This document shows, one piece after another, positions 48,489 through 58,027 of a stretch of 64,000 nt of DNA. Position numbers and translations under genes: made by a program. This DNA is from Sphingomonas sp. (GTDB taxonomy: Bacteria > Pseudomonadota > Alphaproteobacteria > Sphingomonadales > Sphingomonadaceae). The stretch lies in contig JANOVZ010000041.1 in NCBI GenBank assembly GCA_031417655.1, positions 19,052 to 83,051 on the forward strand, written 5' to 3'. Below the pieces are notes generated by a model, which made no database searches, was not told the origin of the DNA, and worked only from the letters and a program-made list of their open reading frames with translations. Position 1 is the stretch's first letter. Every line of letters starts with the position of its first letter.

Positions 48489-50179
48489 CAGCGCTCACCC
48501 TTGGGTTTCCAGAGCATCCCATTGAATCGGGACAGATCAACTTCTCGATTTTGATCCGGCGTCACGTCCAGCAACGGACCGATCCGCATAACAACCTTGT
48601 TGACCACAGGCGCCACTGTCCACCCGGCTGTCCGCTGCCCGGCACTTTGGGCACTGCCCTTCGGATCGTCGAGCATCGCGAGCACGACATAGCGTGGCGC
48701 ATCCATCGGAAAGGCGCCGACGAAGGTCGAAATATTCGAATGCTTCGCATAGCCGCCAACGCCCGGCTTTTCGCCCGTTCCTGTCTTTCCGCCGACGCGC
48801 AGTCCGTCGGCATCGGCTTTCTTGCCGGTGCCGTCGAGCACGACAAGGCGCAGCATCCCGCGAATCGTGTCGCTGGTGGTTTGGCGAAACGCGCGCGAGC
48901 CCTTGGGCGCTTTGCCGGGTTCGATTTTCATCAGCGTCGCGGGGCGCCAGATGCCACCATTGACGAGCGCAGCGTAGGCACTGGCAAGGTGCAGTGGCGT
49001 GACCGCAATGCCGTGTCCGTAGCCAACTGTCATCGTCGTCGCGCGGCTCCACGAATAGGGCCAAATCGAACGACCGCGTTCCTTCAATTCAATATCGGGC
49101 GCCGTGTCGAAATGCAGCTTGCGGAAAATTGCTTCCATCCGCGCCTGACCCATCTGATCCGCGATTTGCGCTGTGACGACGTTCGACGAATGCACCAGCG
49201 CTTCGGGCATGTTGAGCCAACGACCGGTCGGATGATCGTCCTTGATCTTGAAACGTCCAATCGAAACGGGAACCGTTGCATTGAAACGCTTCCCGAGCGG
49301 CACTTGCCCGGTATCAAGCGCCAGCGCGTAGGTGATTGCCTTAAACGTCGAACCGAGTTCATAAACACTCTGGGTTACATTGTTGCGGCGTGAGTCATCG
49401 GTCGTTTCGCCCGGCTTATTCGGATTGAAAACGGGCAGCGAGACCATTGCGATCAACTCGCCGGTGCGGACGTCGAGAACAAGGCCGGTTGCCCCCTTGG
49501 CTTGCTGGTCCACCATCGCCGCAGAGAGTTCACTTTCCATTGCCGCCTGAACGCGCGCGTCGATGGAAAGTGCCACTGGTTTGCCGCGCGTCAGCGGATT
49601 GGTGAGCCGTTCTTCAAGCACTCGCTCCATGCCGGTCACGCCGCGTCCGTCAAAATCGGTAAAACCCAGCGCATGCGCGGCCAGCGTTGTCTGCGGATAC
49701 AACCGCTCGGGCTCGCGGGCATAACCCATCGCCGGCTCACCCAGCGCGTTGATCTTGGCCACGAGATCGGGCAGCGCGCGGCGGCGCAAATAAGTGAACG
49801 GCACTTTTGATTGGAGGATCGCGAGATATTCAGCTTCGCTCCGCTCGGGCATCAGCGCGGCGAGTTTTGGTGCCAAATCTTCGGGATCATTCAGCAGCTT
49901 ATTGGCATGAATGCCAATCGACCACGCATCGATTGTCCGCGCCAGCACTTGTCCGTTGCGGTCAACAATATCGCCGCGCTTGGAAATCAAGCTCGTCGCA
50001 CGCGTCGCAGCGTTCGCATCGGTCGAAACCGACAGCCACAGCAACCGAACCGATATCATCGTCACCGCTGCCATAAATAATAGCATGAGGACCATTAGCC
50101 GCTGATGTGCGACGACCAGCGACGCCTGTCGCTGGCCTTGGGCGCGGATCCGTGGCGGTTGAGCGATCAGCGTTGTCAC
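48488..50179 (-). CDS. ftsI: Penicillin-binding protein 3
   Basis: RGDIVDRNG, GSTFK, SSN, KTGT. Confidence 0.96.
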   Translation of the reverse strand: MTTLIAQPPRIRAQGQRQASLVVAHQRLMVLMLLFMAAVTMISVRLLWLSVSTDANAATRATSLISKRGDIVDRNGQVLARTIDAWSIGIHANKLLNDPEDLAPKLAALMPERSEAEYLAILQSKVPFTYLRRRALPDLVAKINALGEPAMGYAREPERLYPQTTLAAHALGFTDFDGRGVTGMERVLEERLTNPLTRGKPVALSIDARVQAAMESELSAAMVDQQAKGATGLVLDVRTGELIAMVSLPVFNPNKPGETTDDSRRNNVTQSVYELGSTFKAITYALALDTGQVPLGKRFNATVPVSIGRFKIKDDHPTGRWLNMPEALVHSSNVVTAQIADQMGQARMEAIFRKLHFDTAPDIELKERGRSIWPYSWSRATTMTVGYGHGIAVTPLHLASAYAALVNGGIWRPATLMKIEPGKAPKGSRAFRQTTSDTIRGMLRLVVLDGTGKKADADGLRVGGKTGTGEKPGVGGYAKHSNISTFVGAFPMDAPRYVVLAMLDDPKGSAQSAGQRTAGWTVAPVVNKVVMRIGPLLDVTPDQNREVDLSRFNGMLWKPKGER

Positions 50180-50703
50180 GGGCGTTTGCGGCTCTCCGGC
50201 TTGGTGATAATCGCGGAGTCACGCTTGGTAACGGGGATCACCATCGCCACGCGCTGGGCGCTCTGCTTGGCGGTTTTGGCCTTTGCGGCTGCGGCGGCGA
50301 GCGGCTTGATGAAGGGATCGTCGGGAATCGATGGCACGGTCACATCGACCGGTTTTGGCACGGCGACCGAGGCCATCATCGGCGGTGGGGTATTCGGCGC
50401 ACTGCGCTTTGCATCAAGGTCGAGCGCCACCAACTGCGCACCGTTGTTAACGAACTGTGTTGCCTTGGGTGCCGAAAGCGCGAGGACTTCACCGTTCCAG
50501 CGCTCAAGTTGACGCAGCGAGGCGCGTGTACCCATTTCGGTCTGCAACTGGCGCACTTCGCGTTGCGCGGCGTTGATCTGTGCTTCGACGGCCTCAAGCT
50601 TGCCACGTTCGACGGCGACTTGCAGCGAAATCAAGTACAGAAACGTCGCTGCAATCGCGACCATCGCAACCCAACCGACAGCTTTGAACCGTTGCACAAT
50701 CAT
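50176..50703 (-). CDS. ftsL: FtsL-like cell division protein
   Basis: TM plus coiled coil between rsmH and ftsI with overlapping start/stop codons. Confidence 0.75.
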   Translation of the reverse strand: MIVQRFKAVGWVAMVAIAATFLYLISLQVAVERGKLEAVEAQINAAQREVRQLQTEMGTRASLRQLERWNGEVLALSAPKATQFVNNGAQLVALDLDAKRSAPNTPPPMMASVAVPKPVDVTVPSIPDDPFIKPLAAAAAKAKTAKQSAQRVAMVIPVTKRDSAIITKPESRKRP

Positions 50704-51617
50704 GAGGCAGCACTTTCGATTGACGTCCAACTTGGGGCGGTGGTGCGTTGGGCGGAGCGCAAGGTGGCGGAGCGCGAACGGGGATTGCGGACAATTTCAG
50801 CCTCAGTCGCGCGCACGGGCTTGGCGACGCGGTCAAACGTCGGCTTGGGTCCATCCGCGCGCATCGGCAAGTGGCGCGATCCAGCCGGTTCGCTGCCTGA
50901 ACGTGCGCGCATGAAATTCTTGACCAACCGGTCTTCAAGACTGTGGAAGGTCACAACAGCAAGCCGCCCGCCCGGCTTTAGCGCGCGTTCGGCGGCGTTA
51001 AGGCCGTCTTCGAGCTCGCCCAATTCGCGGTTGATGTGCATCCGGATCGCCTGAAACGTCCGTGTCGCCGGGTCTTTTTTCTCATGCGCTTTATGCCCCA
51101 GGGCGCGGCGGACAACATGCGCAAGTTGCCCGGTCGTCGACAGGGGGCGCGCCGCAACGATCGCGCGGGCAATGCGCCGCGACTTTGGTTCATCGCCCAG
51201 CGCATAGATCACATCAGCAATCTCGGCCTCGTCCGCTGTGTTGACGAAATCGGCAGCGCTCGGCCCCGCCTGCTCCATGCGCATGTCGAGCGGGCCGTCC
51301 GACTGGAACGAAAACCCGCGTTCGGTGCGGTCAAGTTGCATCGAAGACACGCCGATGTCGAGCACCACGCCATCCGCGGGTGCGGCGCGGTCGAGCCGTG
51401 AGAAGCAGTCTTCGATGAGGGTTAGACGATCATGCGGCTCTGCGGCGGCAATCGCATCGGGATCACGGTCGAACGCGACCACATCTGCCCCCGCACCCAT
51501 CATCGCTCGCGAATAACCACCGCCACCGTACGTGCCGTCGACATGCTTTTCACCAGGGACGATGTTCAGCGCCGCCAACACTTCGTCGAGGAGCACGGGG
51601 ATGTGCGGCGCGGTCAT
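50700..51617 (-). CDS. rsmH: 16S rRNA m4C1402 methyltransferase
   Basis: [37 protein letters not shown]. Confidence 0.97.
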   Translation of the reverse strand: MTAPHIPVLLDEVLAALNIVPGEKHVDGTYGGGGYSRAMMGAGADVVAFDRDPDAIAAAEPHDRLTLIEDCFSRLDRAAPADGVVLDIGVSSMQLDRTERGFSFQSDGPLDMRMEQAGPSAADFVNTADEAEIADVIYALGDEPKSRRIARAIVAARPLSTTGQLAHVVRRALGHKAHEKKDPATRTFQAIRMHINRELGELEDGLNAAERALKPGGRLAVVTFHSLEDRLVKNFMRARSGSEPAGSRHLPMRADGPKPTFDRVAKPVRATEAEIVRNPRSRSATLRSAQRTTAPSWTSIESAAS

Positions 51618-52099
51618 GCCGCCCCTCGCTCGGTCATCAGCCAAGCGCAGCGTTCTTTCTTCGCCGCATCGGCATTGGGATCGGCAAGCAGCTTTTCGGG
51701 CGACCAAACTTCGATCGTATCGCCCGCCCCCCAAAAAAATGCGAGACCGGTCAGTGCGCCCTTGTTGCGCAGAAAGGCCGGCAGGATGAAGCGGCCCGAA
51801 GCGTCGAAGGGCACTTCGTCGAACCGGCCAAAGGCGCTGGCGGCAATATCTTCGCGGTCAATCTCGACCCCGGCATCAAGCGCGCGCGCCGCATCCGCCG
51901 TCAGCCGGTCATAAAGCCGATCAGACCAATGCTGGTCCGCCGCGCGCAAGCAGCCGCGCTTGTCATCATCGGAAAGCAGCAGCGTCCGCTCGCCCTTTTG
52001 CCCCTCGACGATCAGGCGCATCGACGCGGGGAGAGCAACGCGGCCTTTGCCGTCGATGCTCTGAAGCGCATAGCCTTTGAAAACCGCACGATCCGCCAC
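51614..52099 (-). CDS. mraZ: dcw transcriptional regulator MraZ
   Basis: [10 protein letters not shown] and [10 protein letters not shown] repeats; first gene of the dcw cluster. Confidence 0.9.
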   Translation of the reverse strand: MADRAVFKGYALQSIDGKGRVALPASMRLIVEGQKGERTLLLSDDDKRGCLRAADQHWSDRLYDRLTADAARALDAGVEIDREDIAASAFGRFDEVPFDASGRFILPAFLRNKGALTGLAFFWGAGDTIEVWSPEKLLADPNADAAKKERCAWLMTERGAA

Positions 52100-52293
52100 T
52101 GTCTTGCCTCTGTCCCCATTAAGGCAAAGCACCAGCGCGCGCCGGATCGCATTGATCCGGCGTTTCGAAAACGAATCGCGTCGAGATGATCCCGCCTCTT
52201 ATCGGGATCAAGGCGTATCAGGGGATATAGTGGTTCACAACGGTTTTTAACGGGCGAAAAGGGGATTTTGTCGTTATTTCCAAAAGGTTCCGC

Positions 52294-53049
52294 CTATGTT
52301 CTTCTGAAACGGCGGCAAATATAGGTGGCAACGACAATTGAACCCTCGGCCATGCCGCCAATCACCGTACCCGAAAGGCGAGACGAATCAGCGGTATTGC
52401 CCGCGTTGAACATTGTAAGTCGGTCCATGATCCACGCGACATTGTCGCTGCCGTTCGCTGCCCACATGCGCGCATCAAGCAGATCGGCATCGCCCACGAG
52501 CACCACCCGCCCCCGACCGATACGGCACTCGATCACTTCACGCACAACCACGGTACAGGTCTTTGGCCCTTGCCACGCCCCCGACGCCACCATCTTCACC
52601 CGGACACCATTGATCGACATTGTCTGAGCCCGTTGATCACTGTCGCCCAGTGTCACGCCCCAATGCGTGAACAGCGGATCAAGAAGCTCGACCGGCGGCG
52701 CGCGGCGATTGTCACCAAGCGCATAAATACTCGGCCAGACGAGCTCGGGATCGGCAAAGATCATCGCTCGCCCACCGCCAAGCAGCCATTTGTCGAATGC
52801 CACCAGTTCCTGCGGCGTCAAGCGGCGCGGCTGCGCAATGATCGCAATATCGCGGCCCAAAGTCTTTGCAGTGATCGTATCGATTGCGCGGATGTTAAAT
52901 TGAGTTTCGATAATCCGCAGCGTGTCCGACTTCCCGCTCCGCCCCGCCAGCATATCAGCGGGCGTCCCTTCCCCCCACATCAGTGGCAGCGCCGTCATCA
53001 GCGTGACGCGCGGACGTTCGGCTGCACCAATCAGCGCGAACGCCATCAT
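52294..53049 (-). CDS. GldG/DUF4350-like exported protein (start may be CTG at 53070)
   Basis: LPLMWGE, AQPRRLTPQELVAFDKW, GRGRVVLVGDADLL. Confidence 0.65.
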   Translation of the reverse strand: MMAFALIGAAERPRVTLMTALPLMWGEGTPADMLAGRSGKSDTLRIIETQFNIRAIDTITAKTLGRDIAIIAQPRRLTPQELVAFDKWLLGGGRAMIFADPELVWPSIYALGDNRRAPPVELLDPLFTHWGVTLGDSDQRAQTMSINGVRVKMVASGAWQGPKTCTVVVREVIECRIGRGRVVLVGDADLLDARMWAANGSDNVAWIMDRLTMFNAGNTADSSRLSGTVIGGMAEGSIVVATYICRRFRRT

Positions 53050-53066
53050 CCATGCAGCAAGGAGCC

Positions 53067-53363
53067 TCAGTTGGGGCGCTTTGCGGTCGGTGCGCTAATA
53101 TTTTTCGCATCCGGCGCGACCCCCAGTTGCGCAAGCGGTTCGGTCTTTGCATCAACCGGCACCGGCACGGTCGCCACAACAGCGGGCGGACCGGCAGCAG
53201 CGGCATTTTCGGTCGCGCTGCGCCGCACGCCCGTCGCCACCGCTGTCGCGACCATGACGATCAGGCCGACCGCCGCCAGCCCGGTCATGCCCACGCGAAT
53301 GCGTTGCATCCGCTCGCGCGTTTCACCCGCAGTCGGGGGGCGACCAGGAAATCCCATCGGCAT
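53067..53363 (-). CDS. Small single-TM hypothetical protein
   Basis: QRIRVGMTGLAAV TM segment, EPLAQLGVAP. Confidence 0.7.
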   Translation of the reverse strand: MPMGFPGRPPTAGETRERMQRIRVGMTGLAAVGLIVMVATAVATGVRRSATENAAAAGPPAVVATVPVPVDAKTEPLAQLGVAPDAKNISAPTAKRPN

Positions 53364-53379
53364 GCCCTAAATATAGGGC

Positions 53380-54372
53380 TCAATCAGCGGCAAGCCAAGG
53401 GAACACGGGCAACCTCTTCGCACGCAACCATTCGGGATTGTAAAGCGATGATAAATAACGAAAACCCGTGTCACACAGGATCGTTACGATCATGTGTCCC
53501 GGCCCCAGATCGCGCGCGAGCATCATCGCGCCCGCTACATTGATGCCTGAGGACAGGCCCAGACACAGCCCTTCATCACGCAGCAACGCAGCGACTTGCA
53601 CCAGCCCCTCTTCATCCGAAACCCGGTATTGCCGGTCAATCGGCGCGCCTTCGAGATTGGCGGTCACGCGGCCCTGCCCGATCCCCTCGGCGACGGAAAC
53701 ACCTTCGGCTTTTAACTCGCCATGCTCATAATAGTTGAACAGCGCCGCGCCGTGCGGATCGGACAGCGCGATAACAACTTTCTCGTTCTTCGCTTTGAGT
53801 CCAAGCCCAACGCCGGCCAGCGTTCCCCCGGTGCCGACCGCACAGGTAAAGCCATCAACCTTTCCGCCGGTTTGCGCCCAGATTTCCTCCGCCGTGCCGC
53901 AAATATGCGCGCGGCGATTGGCGATATTGTCGAACTGGTTTGCCCAAACGGCACCCCGCGTTTCCTCGGCAATCCGACGCGACGTGTGCACAAAATGCCC
54001 GGGGTTTGAAAATGGCGCCGCAGGGACTAGCACCAGTTCGGCCCCCAGCGCGCGCAACGTGTCCATTTTCTCGCGGCTCTGCGTTTCGGGCATCACGATG
54101 ATCGTCTTGTAACCCTTGGCATTGGCAACGAGCGCGAGGCCGATCCCGGTGTTCCCCGCTGTCCCCTCGACAATCGTTCCCCCGGGTTTCAGCGTGCCAT
54201 TCGCTTCGGCATCCTCGACGATGTAGAGCGCCGCACGGTCCTTCACCGACGCACCGGGATTGGCAAATTCGCACTTGCCGAGAATTTCGCACCCGGTTGC
54301 CGCCGATGGCCCATTCAAACGGACCAGCGGCGTGTTGCCGATAAGCGCGAGCGGTTTCGATACGATCGTCAT
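53380..54372 (-). CDS. cysK: Cysteine synthase A
   Basis: IGNTPLVRL, NPGASVKDR, TAGNTG, GTGGT, CDTGFRY. Confidence 0.95.
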   Translation of the reverse strand: MTIVSKPLALIGNTPLVRLNGPSAATGCEILGKCEFANPGASVKDRAALYIVEDAEANGTLKPGGTIVEGTAGNTGIGLALVANAKGYKTIIVMPETQSREKMDTLRALGAELVLVPAAPFSNPGHFVHTSRRIAEETRGAVWANQFDNIANRRAHICGTAEEIWAQTGGKVDGFTCAVGTGGTLAGVGLGLKAKNEKVVIALSDPHGAALFNYYEHGELKAEGVSVAEGIGQGRVTANLEGAPIDRQYRVSDEEGLVQVAALLRDEGLCLGLSSGINVAGAMMLARDLGPGHMIVTILCDTGFRYLSSLYNPEWLRAKRLPVFPWLAAD

Positions 54373-54479
54373 CAGTCCAAGCGTAGCGGCGTCATTTCGC
54401 GACGGCAAACAGAACGATGTATTTTCGGCGCACGAACAGCGCCTTGCGCCAACGCGATCACGCGCTAAATCTGCGCACC

Positions 54480-55478
54480 ATGGATCGCGAGACCTTGACC
54501 TGCGCCCTCGTGATCATTGGCCGCAATGAAGGCGAGCGACTCAAACGCTGCCTGCGGTCGCTGCCAACGGGGCCTGCTCGGGTTTATGTTGATTCAGGAT
54601 CGACCGACGGCAGTCAGGATTTTGCGCGTGGTTTGGGATTCGCCGTCGTCGATCTCGATTCCACCCAAGGGTTTACGGCCGCGCGCGCGCGCAACGCCGG
54701 TTTACGGATGATCCGGCAAGCGACCAACGTCCCCGACTTTGTCCAGATGATCGACGGCGATTGCGAACTTGATACGGATTGGATTCCTACCGCGCTTGCA
54801 GTTCTGTATGCCGAACCTGACCTCGCGACAGTTTTCGGGCGGCGGCGTGAGCGATATCCCGAACGCAGCTTGTATAATCGGCAATGCGATGACGAATGGA
54901 ATGTGCCCATCGGGTATGCGGCGTCTTGCGGCGGCGATGCGATGTTCCGGCTTTCGGCGCTGTCCGTCGTGGGCGATTATTCGGCTGATTTAATCGCAGG
55001 CGAAGAACCCGACCTTTGCCTCCGCCTCGCGCAACACGGCTGGAAGATCAAACGGATCGACGCCGAAATGACCCTGCACGATGCCGACCTACGTCTTTTT
55101 TCGCAGTGGTGGCGACGGGCACGCCGCTCGGGCCATGCCTATGCCGAACATGTCTGGCGGCACGGCGCATCGGCGCTTCCAAGTTGGCGGCGACAGGTTT
55201 GGAGCATCGCGCTCTGGGGCTTGGTGATCCCGTTGTGCGGGCTGGCGTTGCTATCAGCGTGGGCTTTGGGTGCGCCGACATTGTGGGCCGCGGCGCTCCT
55301 CCTATCTGTCTATCCGATCCAGATCCTGCGCATATCAGCGCGCACTCAAAAGACTTTGGGATATGCCGCATTAATCGTCGTCGGGAAATTTGCCGAATTG
55401 GGCGGTGCGGTGCGCTTCTATCTAAACCACGCTCGGGGATATGCGCCCAAACTGATTGAGTATAAGCAACCCGCATGA
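54480..55478 (+). CDS. GT2 family glycosyltransferase
   Basis: IGRNEG, VDSGSTDGS, ARARNAG, DGDC, GEEPDLC, C-terminal TM. Confidence 0.9.
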   Translation: MDRETLTCALVIIGRNEGERLKRCLRSLPTGPARVYVDSGSTDGSQDFARGLGFAVVDLDSTQGFTAARARNAGLRMIRQATNVPDFVQMIDGDCELDTDWIPTALAVLYAEPDLATVFGRRRERYPERSLYNRQCDDEWNVPIGYAASCGGDAMFRLSALSVVGDYSADLIAGEEPDLCLRLAQHGWKIKRIDAEMTLHDADLRLFSQWWRRARRSGHAYAEHVWRHGASALPSWRRQVWSIALWGLVIPLCGLALLSAWALGAPTLWAAALLLSVYPIQILRISARTQKTLGYAALIVVGKFAELGGAVRFYLNHARGYAPKLIEYKQPA

Positions 55479-56020
55479 GCAAATTCGGCGACATGCTGGC
55501 GCAGATTGGCGAGGATTACCGCGCTCACGGTCGCGATTGGACAAAGCCCGGCTTTCGTGCGTTGGCGATTTACCGGTTCGGTGTGTGGCGGATGACAGTC
55601 CAAACCAAACTGCTCCGCGCACCGCTCAGTGTCCTCTACCGCGCCGGATTTCGCTTTTGCCGGAACGTCTATGGCATCGAGTTGCCCTATAGTGCCGTGA
55701 TCGGGCGCGGTGTGATTATTGAGCATCAGGGCGGCATTGTCGTTCATGGCTGTACCGTGATCGGCGAAGGTTGCGTCATTCGCCAGAATTGCACGTTTGG
55801 CATTCGCACCGTCGAAGACCTCGACGCGGCGCCGGTTCTGGGTAAAAATGTTGATGTCGGCGCAGGCGCAGTTGTCCTCGGGCGAGTTCATTTGGGTGAC
55901 GGTGCCATGATCGGCGCGAATGCCGTGGTTCTTATGGACGTACCGGCGGGTGCGCTTGCGGTTGGCGTTCCCGCCCAGATAAAGCTTAGAGCCGAAGTAA
56001 AGCTTAGAGAGCGCCCCTAA
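55475..56020 (+). CDS. Hexapeptide-repeat (serine O-acetyltransferase-like) acyltransferase
   Basis: Left-handed beta-helix repeats, IGANAVVLMDVP..AVGVPA; ATGA overlap with GT2. Confidence 0.88.
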   Translation: MSKFGDMLAQIGEDYRAHGRDWTKPGFRALAIYRFGVWRMTVQTKLLRAPLSVLYRAGFRFCRNVYGIELPYSAVIGRGVIIEHQGGIVVHGCTVIGEGCVIRQNCTFGIRTVEDLDAAPVLGKNVDVGAGAVVLGRVHLGDGAMIGANAVVLMDVPAGALAVGVPAQIKLRAEVKLRERP

Positions 56021-56451
56021 ATCCGGCCAAAGCCCTGATTATTGGCACCGGTATCTTTACGACCAAATCCGCGGCGCTCGACCAGCGGATTGGTGTCCCT
56101 GTCAAACGCATCCATCGTTTGCGCGAACAGTGGGCGCAATTTCACGACATGTTGGATGGCGCCATCCGGGGCATGACCCCATTCGACACACTGGCGCGCT
56201 TCGGTCTCTATGGTTTCGGCCAAATCACCAAGTGCATCGGCGCCAAACTGCCGCGCTTCGCCTTTTAGCGTGTGGGCAGGCATCACCATGGCGACGGCAT
56301 TGTTCGCGCGCACTGCCGTTTCAAGCGCATCAACTGACTTCGCACCATCTTCTCGAAAATAGCCAAGGATACGAATGAAATCACCGCCCAGCTCGCCGCG
56401 CGCCGTCTGAAAAGCCACCCAATCAATAATTTCTTCCGGCGTTTCGTCCAC
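56017..56451 (-). CDS. Hpt (histidine phosphotransfer) domain protein
   Basis: AHTLKGEARQFGA; GGGAG SD before GTG 56451. Confidence 0.88.
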   Translation of the reverse strand: MDETPEEIIDWVAFQTARGELGGDFIRILGYFREDGAKSVDALETAVRANNAVAMVMPAHTLKGEARQFGADALGDLAETIETEARQCVEWGHAPDGAIQHVVKLRPLFAQTMDAFDRDTNPLVERRGFGRKDTGANNQGFGRI

Positions 56452-56513
56452 GATGCGCTCCCGGGGGCCGCGCACGACCCCGAATGTCCCGAAGGGAAAT
56501 TAGCGCCGCAAAG

Positions 56514-56528
56514 TTAAGGCAGTGTTAC
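56514..56528. promoter_or_regulatory. Near-consensus CtrA box upstream of the Hpt gene
   Basis: TTAA-GGCAGTG-TTAC. Confidence 0.4.
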
Positions 56529-56539
56529 CTTCGCGCATC

Positions 56540-57892
56540 TCACGACGTCGACGCGAAGGGATTTTTCGGGGCACGGAATGTCAGCCGTACCGGCACGGCG
56601 CCAAATCCCAAATCACGGCGAATGCCATTGACCAGATACCGCCGATAACTCTCGGGCAATTGATCGACGCGTGTCCCGAAAATCACGAAGCTCGGCGGGC
56701 GCGATTTGATCTGCGTCACATAACGCAGCTTGATCCGTTTGCCGCCCGGTGCCGGCGGCGGATTGGCCTCCAGCGCGCGTTCGAACCAGCGGTTGAGTTC
56801 ACCCGTCGGCACCCGCTTACTCCACGCATCGCGCGTTTCGAATGCAACCTTGAGCAGGACGTCGAGCCCCTTGCCCGTTGCGGCCGACACCGTCAGCAGC
56901 GGAACGCCTTTCACTTGCGCAAAGCCATCGTCAAGTGCCGCGCGCACGCCGTTGAATAGCGCCGACTGCCCCTCCGCAACGTCCCATTTGTTGAGTGCGA
57001 TCACCATCGCGCGGCCTTCGGTAAAAATCTGATCAGCGATACGCAGATCCTGCGCCTCGAGCCCGCGCGTCGCGTCGAGCAGCAGGACGACGACTTCGGC
57101 GAAATCAATCGCATGCGCCGTGTCGGCGGCGGACAATCGTTCGAGTTTATCCTCGACCTTCGCCTTGCGCCGCAGCCCTGCAGTGTCGATCAATCGAACG
57201 GGTTTCCCCTCGAATTCCCACTCGATGCTGATCGAATCACGCGTGATCCCGGCTTCAGGGCCAGTGATCATACGGTCTTCGCCGAGCATCTTGTTGACGA
57301 GCGTCGATTTGCCCGCATTCGGGCGTCCGACAATGGCCAATTTCAGCGGGCCACCCTCGGCCACCTCTTCTTCCTCTTCCTCCTCGACACCTTCGCGGTC
57401 GAGATGGGGCAACAGTCCTTCGAACAAATCAGCGAGCCCTTCGCCATGCTCCGCCGATAGCGCCACCGGATTGCCAAAGCCCAGCGAGAATGCCTCATAA
57501 AAACCGCCGTCACCGCTCGACCCCTCGGCCTTGTTCGCGACCAGCACCACGGGCGTTTTCGATCCCCGCAGCCAGCGCGCAATCTCTTCATCGAGCGGCA
57601 CAATCCCCGCACGTGCATCGATCACGAACAGCGCGACGTCGGCCATATCAACTGCGGCCTGTGTCTGCGCGCGCATCCGCCCGGGCAGCGTGGCCGCATC
57701 CTCGTCCTCGAAACCCGCTGTATCGACCAGCCGGAAATCAAGCCCGAGCAAATGCGCGTCACCCTCGCGCCGGTCGCGCGTCACGCCCGGCCGGTCATCG
57801 ACCAGCGCAATCCGCTTGCCGACCAGCCGGTTGAACAGCGTCGATTTGCCCACATTGGGGCGTCCGATAATGGCAACAACGGGCAGGGGCAT
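56540..57892 (-). CDS. der: Ribosome biogenesis GTPase Der (EngA)
   Basis: Two G domains GRPNVGKS and GRPNAGKS, DTAG, NKAE/NKWD. Confidence 0.97.
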   Translation of the reverse strand: MPLPVVAIIGRPNVGKSTLFNRLVGKRIALVDDRPGVTRDRREGDAHLLGLDFRLVDTAGFEDEDAATLPGRMRAQTQAAVDMADVALFVIDARAGIVPLDEEIARWLRGSKTPVVLVANKAEGSSGDGGFYEAFSLGFGNPVALSAEHGEGLADLFEGLLPHLDREGVEEEEEEEVAEGGPLKLAIVGRPNAGKSTLVNKMLGEDRMITGPEAGITRDSISIEWEFEGKPVRLIDTAGLRRKAKVEDKLERLSAADTAHAIDFAEVVVLLLDATRGLEAQDLRIADQIFTEGRAMVIALNKWDVAEGQSALFNGVRAALDDGFAQVKGVPLLTVSAATGKGLDVLLKVAFETRDAWSKRVPTGELNRWFERALEANPPPAPGGKRIKLRYVTQIKSRPPSFVIFGTRVDQLPESYRRYLVNGIRRDLGFGAVPVRLTFRAPKNPFASTS

Positions 57893-58023
57893 CAAAGCAA
57901 TCCTAGCTCCCCTCCACGCCTTCGTGGAGGGGCCGGGGGTGGCCCCTTCTTCATCAAAAGAGCAACGCGATATGACAAAGGGGCCACCCCCAACCCCTCC
58001 AGCAAGGGCTGGAAGGGAGCCAT
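57892..58023 (-). CDS. 43-aa bridging mini-ORF across the repeat ([12 protein letters not shown]...GELGLL)
   Basis: ATG 4 nt after the bamB stop; TGA overlaps the der ATG (TGATG). Confidence 0.45.
   Translation of the reverse strand: MAPFQPLLEGLGVAPLSYRVALLMKKGPPPAPPRRRGGELGLL
57909..58017. repeat. Family A copy 5 (bamB-der junction)
   Basis: CCCCTCCACG-CCTT-CGTGGAGGGG ... CCCCTCCAGC-AAGG-GCTGGAAGGG. Confidence 0.9.
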
Positions 58024-58027
58024 TCGT

